Shown here: piece after piece, positions 10,543 through 20,603 of the stretch | How positions within the stretch are numbered: the first letter of the stretch is position 1 | Layout of the letters: every line of letters starts with the position of its first letter | IMG/VR virus record: IMGVR_UViG_3300033153_013649 | Location: 1 to 64,000 of that record | Strand: one strand, 5' to 3' | Length of the DNA stretch: 64,000 nucleotides | Source of the DNA: a virus | Made by a program: the position numbers and the translations under genes | The notes under the pieces: generated by a model | Told to the model about the DNA's origin: nothing | The model's input: only the letters and a program-made list of their open reading frames with translations | The model's database searches: none

Positions 10543-10836
10543 ATGAAAAAATTTTCAACAATACTAAATGAAAAACTAGTAAAATGGACTAATATTTCTG
10601 AAAAAGAATATTTTAAGATTTATAATAAATATGAAAAATTATTAACAGTTTTCAGTTCATTTACAAACAAAACTCCAGGGGGAAGTTCGAGTCCGGGAAA
10701 TTCAATGACTGAATGGGGATTTAGTAATGAAGATGATCCTTTGTTAAAATGGGTATCTACTCCTTCTCCAAAGAATCCAGAAGAACTACTTTATTCTTTT
10801 TATGTAAATAAAAAACAATTAAAGAAGATAAAATGA
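10543..10836 (+). CDS. putative internal head protein
   Basis: Starts MKKFSTILNE. Confidence 0.45.
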   Translation: MKKFSTILNEKLVKWTNISEKEYFKIYNKYEKLLTVFSSFTNKTPGGSSSPGNSMTEWGFSNEDDPLLKWVSTPSPKNPEELLYSFYVNKKQLKKIK

Positions 10837-11333
10837 AAATAGATAAAATAAATCAAAAGCTTGGGATAAAACAAACAGAAGAAGCTACAGATTTAACTGA
10901 AATTGAAAAGGAAGATGAATTAATTCCTTACACAGAAAATCCAGAGTTAATAAAAGATATTGATCAATATAAGGAAGAAAGAGCTCAAAATATTGAAGTC
11001 TTAAAAGAAGCTAGAGATCAAATAGCAAGAGTTATAACTGATTTAGGAGCAAAATTCTCTTTTCCTATTACAGAGGACGGAAAAATAATAAAGATAGGAA
11101 ATAAAGACCTCGAAGCTTTTGCAAAAGTTGTAAAATCTTTAGCAACTATTACTGATACTTTAGATAAAATTTCAGATCCGCAAAAGGTTGAAGGATATAT
11201 TGACCCCCCTCAGAAAGAAGAAAAAGGTCCAGAAAATGTAACAAATATTCAAAATAATTTTATGCTAAATCCAAATCAATTATTAGATATGATAGATTCT
11301 TCTATAAAAAAGGCTAATAACGGTGATAATTAA
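10833..11333 (+). CDS. gp16: terminase small subunit
   Basis: Two-helix core and NVTNIQNNF..QLLDMI C-terminal motif; coupled to gp17. Confidence 0.75.
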   Translation: MKIDKINQKLGIKQTEEATDLTEIEKEDELIPYTENPELIKDIDQYKEERAQNIEVLKEARDQIARVITDLGAKFSFPITEDGKIIKIGNKDLEAFAKVVKSLATITDTLDKISDPQKVEGYIDPPQKEEKGPENVTNIQNNFMLNPNQLLDMIDSSIKKANNGDN

Positions 11334-13030
11334 TGCCAAGAAAAATAGAAAAAGCTCCCGAAATAGAATACACGAACGTTCCATATAGTTTTCTAGGTTT
11401 CTCTGGAATAAAACCTCCAGGAACAAATATTGATTATACTCCAGAAATGATAAAAGAATTCGTAAAATGTTCTCAAGATCCTCTTTATTTTATTACAAAT
11501 TATTACTATATAGTAGAATTAGATAAAGGATTAACAAAGATAAATTTATGGGATTTTCAATATGATTTCATCGATCATTTACATAATAATAGATTTTCAA
11601 TTATATTAGCATCTCGTCAAGTTGGAAAATCTATTATCTCGGTTGGATATATTTTATGGTATATTTTATTTCATCCTTATAAATATGTTGCAGTCCTTTC
11701 TAAAAAGGCAAAAGATGCTTCGGATATAATGAAAAAATTAAAACGTTCTTATGAAAGCATTCCTCAATGGTTACAGCAAAATGTAGCTGGATGGGCTCAA
11801 ACTTCTATTACATTAGAAAACGGATCAGAAGTTACCTCTCAAGCTACAACAGAAACAGCAGGAAGATCTGCAAGTGCTAATATATTATTTTTAGACGAAT
11901 TTGCTTTTGTTCCTCAAAACATAGCAACCGATTTTTATAAATCAGCTTATCCTATTATTTCAAATTCAAAAGAATCAAAAGTCATTATTTGTTCTACCCC
12001 AAACGGCCATAATCATTTTTTTATGATGCTTGATAAAGCTAGGAAGGGAGAAAACGCTTATAAAGATTTTGTAATCCATTGGACTCAGGTTCCTGGAAGG
12101 GACGAAGAATGGAAAAAAGAAACAATTGCTAATTTAGCAATCAATCCGCATATTGACGATGCTAATTCTACTTTTGCACAAGAATATGATCTCAGTTTTG
12201 AAAATTCTGATAAAAAAATACTAATCGGCCCAGGTATACAAAGAAGAATTGCTAATCATATTTCTAATAATGTTAAAGAAATACAATCCTCTATTGCAGA
12301 GTTAAAGGAAATGGATCATTTAACAATTTTTGAAGACCCAGATCCAGGATTTGGTTATTATATTTCTGCTGATGTTGCAGAAGGAATCGGAAAAAATTAT
12401 AGTGTTGCTCATGTACTTAAACTTCTCCCGGAAGGATATAAGCAAGTTGCAATATATAGAAATAATTCTATAATTCCTGTAGCATTTTCTTATGTAATTG
12501 AAACAATAAGTAAAGCATATAATAATGCTTCAATTTTAATAGAAAACAGAAATCCTGGAAATTCAACTTTAGATCATTTATTTTATATGATCGAATCTCA
12601 AAATGTAATACATTCTTCTTTCAAGAAAAAAGACGAATTGGGAATTAAAACTACTAAAAAAAATAGAGACAAAGGTATTACAAAATTAAAAGAATATCTT
12701 GAATATGAAATTTTAGAAATCAATGATTTTATTACTTTTGGAGAAATAACAAATTTTGTAAGAAATAAATTTGGTAAATTTAAAGCTGAATCTGGATGCG
12801 ATGATACTGTTATGGCATTAGTATTATTTTGTTATTGGACAACAAGAGAGGAATTTGAAGGATTTGGATCTGACGAAATTTTAAGAAAGACTAGACAAAA
12901 AATCGAAAAAGATAATCCATATTTATTAGATTTAAATAAGATAAATAAGTTAGAATCAGAAAAAGGAGGAATTACTGTAGTAAATAATTTGGATTATGTA
13001 ACTTATCTTAATCTTAAAAGAAAAAAATAA
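11333..13030 (+). CDS. gp17: terminase large subunit
   Basis: Walker A SRQVGKS, Walker B FLDEFAF, STPNG, nuclease motifs DVAEG and DDTVMAL. Confidence 0.98.
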   Translation: MPRKIEKAPEIEYTNVPYSFLGFSGIKPPGTNIDYTPEMIKEFVKCSQDPLYFITNYYYIVELDKGLTKINLWDFQYDFIDHLHNNRFSIILASRQVGKSIISVGYILWYILFHPYKYVAVLSKKAKDASDIMKKLKRSYESIPQWLQQNVAGWAQTSITLENGSEVTSQATTETAGRSASANILFLDEFAFVPQNIATDFYKSAYPIISNSKESKVIICSTPNGHNHFFMMLDKARKGENAYKDFVIHWTQVPGRDEEWKKETIANLAINPHIDDANSTFAQEYDLSFENSDKKILIGPGIQRRIANHISNNVKEIQSSIAELKEMDHLTIFEDPDPGFGYYISADVAEGIGKNYSVAHVLKLLPEGYKQVAIYRNNSIIPVAFSYVIETISKAYNNASILIENRNPGNSTLDHLFYMIESQNVIHSSFKKKDELGIKTTKKNRDKGITKLKEYLEYEILEINDFITFGEITNFVRNKFGKFKAESGCDDTVMALVLFCYWTTREEFEGFGSDEILRKTRQKIEKDNPYLLDLNKINKLESEKGGITVVNNLDYVTYLNLKRKK

Positions 13031-13050
13031 TTTCTAATAAAAATGAAATT

Positions 13051-13058
13051 TATAAATA
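13051..13058 (+). promoter_or_regulatory. T4-type late promoter
   Basis: TATAAATA upstream of the sheath genes. Confidence 0.75.
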
Positions 13059-13130
13059 TAGATATAAAAAGGTAAATAATCTTTTAAAGAAGAAAAGATT
13101 TAAATCAAAAATAAATTAAGGAAAATATAA

Positions 13131-15095
13131 ATGGCGATACGTCCTAATTATCCTGCAGTAAAATTTGAGGAAAGAGATTTTACATTAAGTATTACTCCTA
13201 CTGTATCATCTATTGGAGCCATGGTTGGAAGATTTCAAAGAGGACCAATTGGGAAAGCTACTCTTATTTCTAATAAAGCTGAATTAATTGAAATTTTTGG
13301 TTTACCAACTACAGCTCTTGATAATTTAGCAGATTGGTATACAGTTAAGAACTTTTTAAATTATACAAGTGGAATATTAGTTCTAAGAGTAGCAGATTCA
13401 ACTGCAATGAATGCCGGAAAAACTTTTAACGACGGTTCTGCTAGTGCTATTGACGCTTTTGCTCAAATTCCCGATGGATATGACATGAGTGGAGTTTCAG
13501 ATATTACTAATTCTGGAATTAATATTGTAGCAAAATATCCGGGAACCTATGGAAATAATATTTCCGTTTCTCTTGTTTTCGAAGATGATTTAAGAATGGG
13601 TCTTACTGATTCTGGATCAGCTCCCGAATGGGATGGAAAATATTATGATAAAAGAGTTCAATTTACAATAGATTCAGCTTCTGGAGCAGCTGTTGGAGAA
13701 TATGTAATTACAGAATATTATAACGATACTACAAAACAAAAATCTTATACTGTTGGATTAGTTTTAGCAGTAGATGAAGCTGGATCAACAAAAACTATAG
13801 ACATTGCTTTTAATGGAGATGATCCTCCCACCCCGGGAAGTTCAGATACATATAAATTAAATAATGGACAAAGTTGGGATGATTCAGGGGCAGTTACTAT
13901 TAGTAATTCAGGTTCAGTTACAGTATTAAATTTCAATACTATAATGAATTATTTTAACGAAGAACTCGACACAGATCAATATGCAATTGTTGTATTTGAA
14001 GATGATAAAGACGGAAATGCTCAATTTAAAGAAAAACATATAGTTTCTCTTACATCAACAGATAAAGATTTCAATGGCAGATCAATATATATTGAAGATT
14101 GGTTAGAACAAAATTCTGCTTATATTTCAGCTGTCTATAATGATGATTCTAATACAGCCAATGGATCAGTTGGAACAGCAACTAAATTAGCTGGAGGCCT
14201 CGATGGTTCTGCATTAACAGCCGGAGATATTATTCTTGCAATGGATCCTGTTTATAGAGATAAGCAATTAGAATTTGGATATTTAATAGACGGAGCTTGG
14301 GCTGGTAATGTAACAGTAATGAATAATATAATTTCAATCGTTGAACAAAGATTAGATAATTTTGCTATACTATCATGCGGAACGGGAGTTTCTGTTTCTT
14401 CTGACGCTGATTTTAAATCAGATGTTCAAACGATGAGGGAATCATTAAGTGATTCTTCTTATTATCATTTTACAGGAAAATTTAAAATTCAATTTGATCC
14501 TTATACAGGAAAGAATTTCAATTGCCCTATTTCTGGAGATATAGCAGGAATATTTGCTCGAACAGATATTTTAGGTGAAATATGGCTTCCCCCTGCTGGA
14601 TATAATTATGGAGAAATCCAAAATATAGTAAAATTACCAATAAATGAATCAAAAACAACTCAGGGAATATTCTATAAAAAACAAATTAATCTTGTTATTC
14701 AAGATAAAAAGTTTGGCGGATATTTCCTTATGTCACAAAAAACAGGAACAGGACGTCCAACTGCATTTTCTGATGTAAATATAAGAAAACTATTTACATA
14801 TACAGAAAACAATATATTAAATTTTTTAAAAACATATTTATGGGAATTTAATGATACGATAACAAGAGAAATTATATCTTCGAGAATAAATAATTTTCTT
14901 GCTACTATTCAAGCAAAAGAAGGAATCGTTGAATATTCTGTAATTTGTGACGAAACAAATAATACTGATGATATAATCGCATCAAATATTTTGATAGTAG
15001 ATATTCTTATTAAACCTTCAAAAGCTATTCATAATATTCATATAAGATTTACTGCAACTAATAAAGATGCGACAGCTTTAGAATTGAATGCATAA
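13131..15095 (+). CDS. gp18: tail sheath protein, copy 1
   Basis: P.V.FEE.D, G.FQRGP, AKYPGTYGN, PAGYNYG, NIRKLF and VICDETNNT motifs. Confidence 0.95.
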   Translation: MAIRPNYPAVKFEERDFTLSITPTVSSIGAMVGRFQRGPIGKATLISNKAELIEIFGLPTTALDNLADWYTVKNFLNYTSGILVLRVADSTAMNAGKTFNDGSASAIDAFAQIPDGYDMSGVSDITNSGINIVAKYPGTYGNNISVSLVFEDDLRMGLTDSGSAPEWDGKYYDKRVQFTIDSASGAAVGEYVITEYYNDTTKQKSYTVGLVLAVDEAGSTKTIDIAFNGDDPPTPGSSDTYKLNNGQSWDDSGAVTISNSGSVTVLNFNTIMNYFNEELDTDQYAIVVFEDDKDGNAQFKEKHIVSLTSTDKDFNGRSIYIEDWLEQNSAYISAVYNDDSNTANGSVGTATKLAGGLDGSALTAGDIILAMDPVYRDKQLEFGYLIDGAWAGNVTVMNNIISIVEQRLDNFAILSCGTGVSVSSDADFKSDVQTMRESLSDSSYYHFTGKFKIQFDPYTGKNFNCPISGDIAGIFARTDILGEIWLPPAGYNYGEIQNIVKLPINESKTTQGIFYKKQINLVIQDKKFGGYFLMSQKTGTGRPTAFSDVNIRKLFTYTENNILNFLKTYLWEFNDTITREIISSRINNFLATIQAKEGIVEYSVICDETNNTDDIIASNILIVDILIKPSKAIHNIHIRFTATNKDATALELNA

Positions 15096-15114
15096 CAAAA
15101 AGGAATTAATATAA

Positions 15115-16818
15115 ATGGCAACAATACCTCCTTACCCAGGTGTAAGTTATGAAGAACAAGATTCCCCTGCTGTTATTGATCAAATTGTAGGTTCTATTCC
15201 AGCATTTGTTGGGAGATTTGAAAAAGGACCAATTAATAAACCAACGTTGATTAAAGATGAAATTGAATTTAGAAAAATTTTCGGGGATCCTGTTATAAGT
15301 GGAAATATTAATACTCTTAAAAGTTGGTTTTCTGTAGCTAATTTCTTTGCATACTCTGCAAATGCTTATATAACAAGAATCGAGACATCGAGTGCAAGAA
15401 ATGCATGTAAATCTTTTTCTTCAACTGCTTCTGATAATACAGATATATCCGTAAAAGACGGAACAGATTATGATACTGTAGCAAATGCTAATTCTGGAGA
15501 ATTAACAATATTTGCAAAAAATCCAGGATCATGGGGAAATGGTGCATCGGGTGGAATCTCTGTCGCTTTTTATGTAGCAGGAACAAATGATACAATAGAA
15601 AACGCCGGAGGTGAAAATTCAAATTGGCACCCATACGTATGGGGTGAAGATCCAACAGATACAGACTTTCAAATTTTTTCAGAGTTTCCAATAGATGGTG
15701 AAATTGCAATTATAGTTTATTGGAATGACAATATAGTAGAAAATTTCATTTGTCATTTAACTCCCGATACATTAAATAGTTCAGGACAAAATTATTATAT
15801 CGGAGAATATCTTAAAGAAAGATCTAGATATATTTCTGCTTATATAAACGGAAATCTCGGAACTTTGACGTCAAAAACAAAAACGAATCTTGCTTCAGGA
15901 ACTCTTGAAAACGCTGCTATTAATGAATCTAATAACGCTAGTCTTATAACAGCTGGATTCGACCTTTATGCAAACAGAGATGAATTTTCTATCGGATTTC
16001 TAGTAGACGGAGAATATAATTTTAAAGCTGTTCATGAGAAAATAGCTTCTTTAGCATATTCTAGAGGGGACTGCTTTGCTATTGGAGGAGCAGATACATC
16101 AACGATACAGAATAAAACAGCAGCTATAGCAACAAGCGACCTCATCCTTTATAAACAGAATTTGTCTATTACTGGAGCAGCTCAGACCTATTTTGGATTT
16201 TATGGACAAATTAAAAAGATGTATAATAAATTTACAGACAAATATCTTTGGATATCCTGTAGTTCTGATGTTGCTGGATTAATGGCTAAAACGGATTCAG
16301 AAGCTTGGCCGTGGTTTGCAACAGCTGGAGCTGACAGAGGAATTCTTCTTAATGTAACAGCTCTCGGATTTTATCCTACTGATGCTCAAATAAGTCAACT
16401 TTATATAAAGAATATTAATACAATTATATTCGATCCTGGATTTGGAAATTTAATTAATGGAAACAGAACTTTAAAACCAACTTCCTCTGCTTTTAGAGAT
16501 ATTAATATTCGTAGATTGTTTACATATTTAGAAACAAATATTGTTGATCAAGGAAAATATTATCTTTTTCAATTAAATAATGAAACAACAAGATCTAAAT
16601 TTAGAACTTCTGTTGAAAACTTTTTAGGAACAGTTCAAGCAAATAGAGGAATTATTACTTATCGAGTTATTTGTGATGAAAATAATAATACACCAACAGA
16701 TATTGATAATAATTTATTAAATCTTGATATAGTCGTTCAACCGAGCAGAGCTATTGGAAATATAGTAGTTAGATTTACAGCAGTTGCACAAGATGTTAAT
16801 TTCTCAGAATTAATTTAA
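15115..16818 (+). CDS. gp18: tail sheath protein, copy 2
   Basis: PGVSYEE.D, GRFEKGP, AKNPGSWGN, AGADRG, INIRRLF and VICDENNNT motifs. Confidence 0.95.
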   Translation: MATIPPYPGVSYEEQDSPAVIDQIVGSIPAFVGRFEKGPINKPTLIKDEIEFRKIFGDPVISGNINTLKSWFSVANFFAYSANAYITRIETSSARNACKSFSSTASDNTDISVKDGTDYDTVANANSGELTIFAKNPGSWGNGASGGISVAFYVAGTNDTIENAGGENSNWHPYVWGEDPTDTDFQIFSEFPIDGEIAIIVYWNDNIVENFICHLTPDTLNSSGQNYYIGEYLKERSRYISAYINGNLGTLTSKTKTNLASGTLENAAINESNNASLITAGFDLYANRDEFSIGFLVDGEYNFKAVHEKIASLAYSRGDCFAIGGADTSTIQNKTAAIATSDLILYKQNLSITGAAQTYFGFYGQIKKMYNKFTDKYLWISCSSDVAGLMAKTDSEAWPWFATAGADRGILLNVTALGFYPTDAQISQLYIKNINTIIFDPGFGNLINGNRTLKPTSSAFRDINIRRLFTYLETNIVDQGKYYLFQLNNETTRSKFRTSVENFLGTVQANRGIITYRVICDENNNTPTDIDNNLLNLDIVVQPSRAIGNIVVRFTAVAQDVNFSELI

Positions 16819-16823
16819 ACATT

Positions 16824-16831
16824 TATAAATA
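16824..16831 (+). promoter_or_regulatory. T4-type late promoter
   Basis: TATAAATA upstream of gp19. Confidence 0.75.
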
Positions 16832-16853
16832 TATAAAAAAACAAGGAAACAAA

Positions 16854-17381
16854 ATGGCTGAATATAAAAGTATCATTGAAAAAATGGCAACTTTTGAAAA
16901 CTTTACAGCATCAAATCGGTTTGAAGCAATAATTGAATTCCCTACTATAGTTGGAATTAATCCGAAAGAAGCTGAAAAAGTAAAACTATTACTTAAAGCT
17001 GCAACAATTCCAACAGAAACCATTGAAGAAATTCCAATTAAATATATGGGACATACCTTCAAAGTTGCAGGGGATCGAGTATATGAAGATTGGACTTCTA
17101 CGATTTATAGTACAGAAGATTGGTCTATAAGAAACAATATTGAGAAATGGATGAAAATCATTAATGATATTGAATCAGGACTTAAATCCCCTCACTCTTC
17201 TTATCTCGGTGACATAAAAATAAAACAATTAGGTATTAATACTCTCGAACCAATTGCTGTTTATAATTTAGTAGGAGCGTGGCCTTCGGTAGTAGGAGAA
17301 ATTACTCTTGATTGGGAATCTGAAAACGAAGTTCAAACTTTTGACGTTACCTGGAAATATCAATACGTAACAAGATTATAA
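16854..17381 (+). CDS. gp19: tail tube protein
   Basis: NRFE, KVAGDRVYEDW, GAWP..VGEI.LDW and TFDVTW motifs. Confidence 0.96.
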   Translation: MAEYKSIIEKMATFENFTASNRFEAIIEFPTIVGINPKEAEKVKLLLKAATIPTETIEEIPIKYMGHTFKVAGDRVYEDWTSTIYSTEDWSIRNNIEKWMKIINDIESGLKSPHSSYLGDIKIKQLGINTLEPIAVYNLVGAWPSVVGEITLDWESENEVQTFDVTWKYQYVTRL

Positions 17382-17393
17382 TTAAATTCTTTT

Positions 17394-17424
17394 AAAAGAA
17401 TCGTTGCGATTACGATTCTTTTTT
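17394..17424 (+). terminator. intrinsic terminator after gp19
   Basis: Stem AAAAGAATCGT/ACGATTCTTTT with T-tract. Confidence 0.8.
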
Positions 17425-17476
17425 ATTTCTAATTTTAATAATATAGTAACATAACATCAAATAAAATAAGAGCATT

Positions 17477-19114
17477 ATGAAAGATTATTTACAAAAAATT
17501 ATCGATGGAATTTTTTCTGGAAAAATAACTAAATCTAATATTAATTCATTTATGGGTTTTTTAGGAAGACATAAAATAAAACATCAAATAAATGAATTAA
17601 TAAAGGATCCAATAAAATTATCAGAAAAAGCTTTTAGAATTTTGAATGATATTAATCATAATCCTGTTTGTAGATGTGGCAACGTTTTAAAATATATTAA
17701 CTTCTATACTGGATATTCAAAAATTTGTGGAAAATGTTCTCGTTCAATAAAATATAATAAAGAAAAAGCTAAAATCAAAAGAAAAAAAACTCTTAAAATA
17801 AAATATGGAGTTACTAATATATCTAAATTAGAATCAATAAAAGAAAAGAAAAAAATTACTAAAAAGAAAAGATATAATGATCAAAATTATAATAACATAA
17901 AAAAGATAAAATCAACATGTCAAGAAAGATATGGAGTTTCTAATCCTAATAAATTAAAATCTATAAGAGATAAAATAGATCAAACAAATATAAAAAAATA
18001 TGGGGCAAAAGCATATATTTGTTCTGAAAAATTTATAGAAAAAAGAAGAGAAAAAATTCGACTGAATAGTTTTAATAATATCATCAGATCAAATAGATTT
18101 AAAGAATTTGGAATAGAACCATTAATAAACTTTAATGAATTCAGTAAATTTGGATTAAATGAAATTTATAAATGGAAATGTTTACAATGTGACAATATAT
18201 TTAAAAGTAATTATCACACTCATCTACCAAAATGTCCAAAATGTAAAAGAAAAAGAAGCACCTCAGAATATAATATATTAGAATGGACAAAAACTCTTGG
18301 ATTTAAAATAATTTCAAATGATAGATCATTAATATATCCACAAGAACTGGATATTATTATTCCAGAGAAAAAAATAGCTATTGAATTTAACGGTCTATAT
18401 TGGCATTCAGAGTTAAATGGGAAAGATAGAAAGTATCATTTGAATAAAACTGAATTATGTCGAAAAAAAGGATACCAATTAATTCACATATTCGAAGATG
18501 AATGGCTAGACAAACAAGAAATAGTTAAAAGTATTTTAAAAGCTAAATTAGGTTTATTTGATAAGAGGATATATGCTAGATCATGTAAAATTTCGTCGGT
18601 TGATTCTATAACATCAAAAGAATTTCTTGAAAAAAATCATATCCAAGGACCAATTAATTCTTCTGTTAATTACGGCCTATATTATTCTGAAGAATTAGTT
18701 TCTATTATATGCCTATCAACTCCAAGATATAATAAAAATCATAAATGGGAATTACTTAGGTTTTGTAGTAAATTAAACACCCAAATTGTCGGTGGAATGA
18801 GTAAGCTGATCAAATATTTTGAAAATAATCATAATGGATCAATAATTTCTTATTGTGACCTTAGATATTCTAATGCTAAAGGGTATATGAATTCTGGATG
18901 GAATTTAATCAACAAAACATCACCTAATTATTGGTATATAAAAAATAATAAAAGATATTCACGAATGAAATTTCAAAAGCATAAGATAAAAAATGTAAAT
19001 CCTTCTTTAACTGAATGGCAAAATATGCAACTAAAAGGATATGATAGAATATGGGATTGTGGAAATTTTGTTTTTATAAATAATAATGTATCAGGTATTA
19101 AAGCCGTCAGGTAA
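17477..19114 (+). mobile_element. free-standing homing-endonuclease-like gene, paralogue of 3804..5294
   Basis: Same architecture: CxCG, KYG repeats, CPKC, KKIAIEFNGLYWH, IFEDEW, RIWDCG. Confidence 0.8.
19075..19082 (+). promoter_or_regulatory. possible T4-type late promoter
   Basis: TATAAATA in the 3' end of the endonuclease gene, same relative position as at 5286. Confidence 0.45.
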
Positions 19115-19155
19115 AAACCGGTATAAGAGGGTTTAAATCCGACGGCTTATTTTTG
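19101..19155 (+). terminator. long-loop stem with T-tract (terminator or small structured RNA)
   Basis: AAGCCGTC...GACGGCTT followed by ATTTTT. Confidence 0.5.
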
Positions 19156-19177
19156 TGCAAAAAAACTAAAAAAGTTG

Positions 19178-19206
19178 TTGACAAATACAAAATAATATAG
19201 TATATT
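19178..19206 (+). promoter_or_regulatory. sigma70-like early promoter
   Basis: TTGACA-17-TATATT with upstream A-tracts. Confidence 0.85.
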
Positions 19207-19235
19207 ATATAGAAGATAATAAGGGAGAGAAGAAA

Positions 19236-20486
19236 ATGAAAGATAATATTAAACAAGAAGAAATCAAGACTACTTATCTGATTCATGAATCTAAGCTTCC
19301 CCGTATACGCGATCGAATAAAGAAGCTTAATAATAAAGCTCGTAAATTAAACTGCCCCGAAATGAAAATCATTATTGATCCTGAACCTACATATATCAAA
19401 GAAAAACCTACCTCTATAAACAACGAACCCGCGAGTACAGTTCCTAAAAAACTTCGATTTTTTAATGTTAAAGTCGAAGGCGCAACTCCAATTATAGATG
19501 GTTGGGAATTCGTTGGAATTATTCTCGATGACGGGTTAACCACTACCATCCATAAACATCCTGAAGCCAGTATTACCCCTGACCTAGTAAAATTTTATAC
19601 TAAACGCGAAAAAACTTGTGATCACTGCAATCATAATCGCTATAGAAAAGATACTTATCTTGTAAAAAAGGTTGATTCTGGAGAAATGAAACAAGTTGGA
19701 TCTGGTTGCATTAGAGATTTTCTCGGTCACATCCCGCTAAAAAGATTTCTTGAATTCTATGAATTAATGGGTGAATACGAAGAAGAACCTATTCGTGAAG
19801 AACGCGGAATAAAACCGGAATACTTCGAATCAACAAAATGGATTATGGCTAACGTTGCTCATTTTACTCGTAAATATGGGTGGGTTTCGAAAGAAAAAGC
19901 TGCAGAAAAAAATAAACTTTCAACCTCTGACCGAGTTTATAATAATCTTTGGGAAAGAAATCCCGAATATTATGAAAAACCTGATAAAGAAATGGAAGAA
20001 ATAGGAATAAAAGCTCTTCAGTACGTACTCAATGAAATTCTTCCTCGTATGCGTATATATAAATCAACTTTTGATGAATATCTCGATTCATTAGATAATT
20101 TAATTCCTTCAGCTCTTAATGACGGAGTAATAAACGTTCGGAATATCGGTTATTTTATTCCTTTAGTTATGATGATGGATAATGATATTCGTCGAATCGA
20201 AAATAAAAAGCTAGAAAAGGAAACTTCTGAATACGTTGGTCAACCGGGAGAACGAAAAGAACGCGAATTAACCTTTTATGACTCGTTTGGATTTGATTCC
20301 AGTTGGGGTTATACTAACGTATATCGCTTCAAAGATGCAAATAAAAATCTCTGGATTTGGATGACTGGTAATCACAAAGATTTCGAAAAAGATAAAATTT
20401 ATAAGATCGTAGGAACAATCAAACGCCATCAGGAATACAAAGGCGTAAAACAAAACTTACTTACAAGATGTAAGATAAAGAAATAA
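19236..20486 (+). CDS. hypothetical early protein (CDHC...VGSGC putative Zn site, possible C-terminal OB fold)
   Basis: 416-aa ORF with its own promoter, GGGAG RBS and terminator. Confidence 0.6.
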   Translation: MKDNIKQEEIKTTYLIHESKLPRIRDRIKKLNNKARKLNCPEMKIIIDPEPTYIKEKPTSINNEPASTVPKKLRFFNVKVEGATPIIDGWEFVGIILDDGLTTTIHKHPEASITPDLVKFYTKREKTCDHCNHNRYRKDTYLVKKVDSGEMKQVGSGCIRDFLGHIPLKRFLEFYELMGEYEEEPIREERGIKPEYFESTKWIMANVAHFTRKYGWVSKEKAAEKNKLSTSDRVYNNLWERNPEYYEKPDKEMEEIGIKALQYVLNEILPRMRIYKSTFDEYLDSLDNLIPSALNDGVINVRNIGYFIPLVMMMDNDIRRIENKKLEKETSEYVGQPGERKERELTFYDSFGFDSSWGYTNVYRFKDANKNLWIWMTGNHKDFEKDKIYKIVGTIKRHQEYKGVKQNLLTRCKIKK

Positions 20487-20510
20487 TTTATAAGTTTTTC
20501 ACTCCAGCTT

Positions 20511-20546
20511 AGAGGATTGATACTGATTGGTCAATCCTCTTTTTTT
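20511..20546 (+). terminator. intrinsic terminator
   Basis: Stem AGAGGATTGA/TCAATCCTCT followed by a T-tract. Confidence 0.85.
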
Positions 20547-20563
20547 GTTTTTAATATTAGGAA

Positions 20564-20571
20564 TATAAATA
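20564..20571 (+). promoter_or_regulatory. T4-type late promoter
   Basis: TATAAATA upstream of gp6. Confidence 0.75.
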
Positions 20572-20603
20572 ATTAAAAACTATAATTTAAACAGGGAAAA
20601 ACT

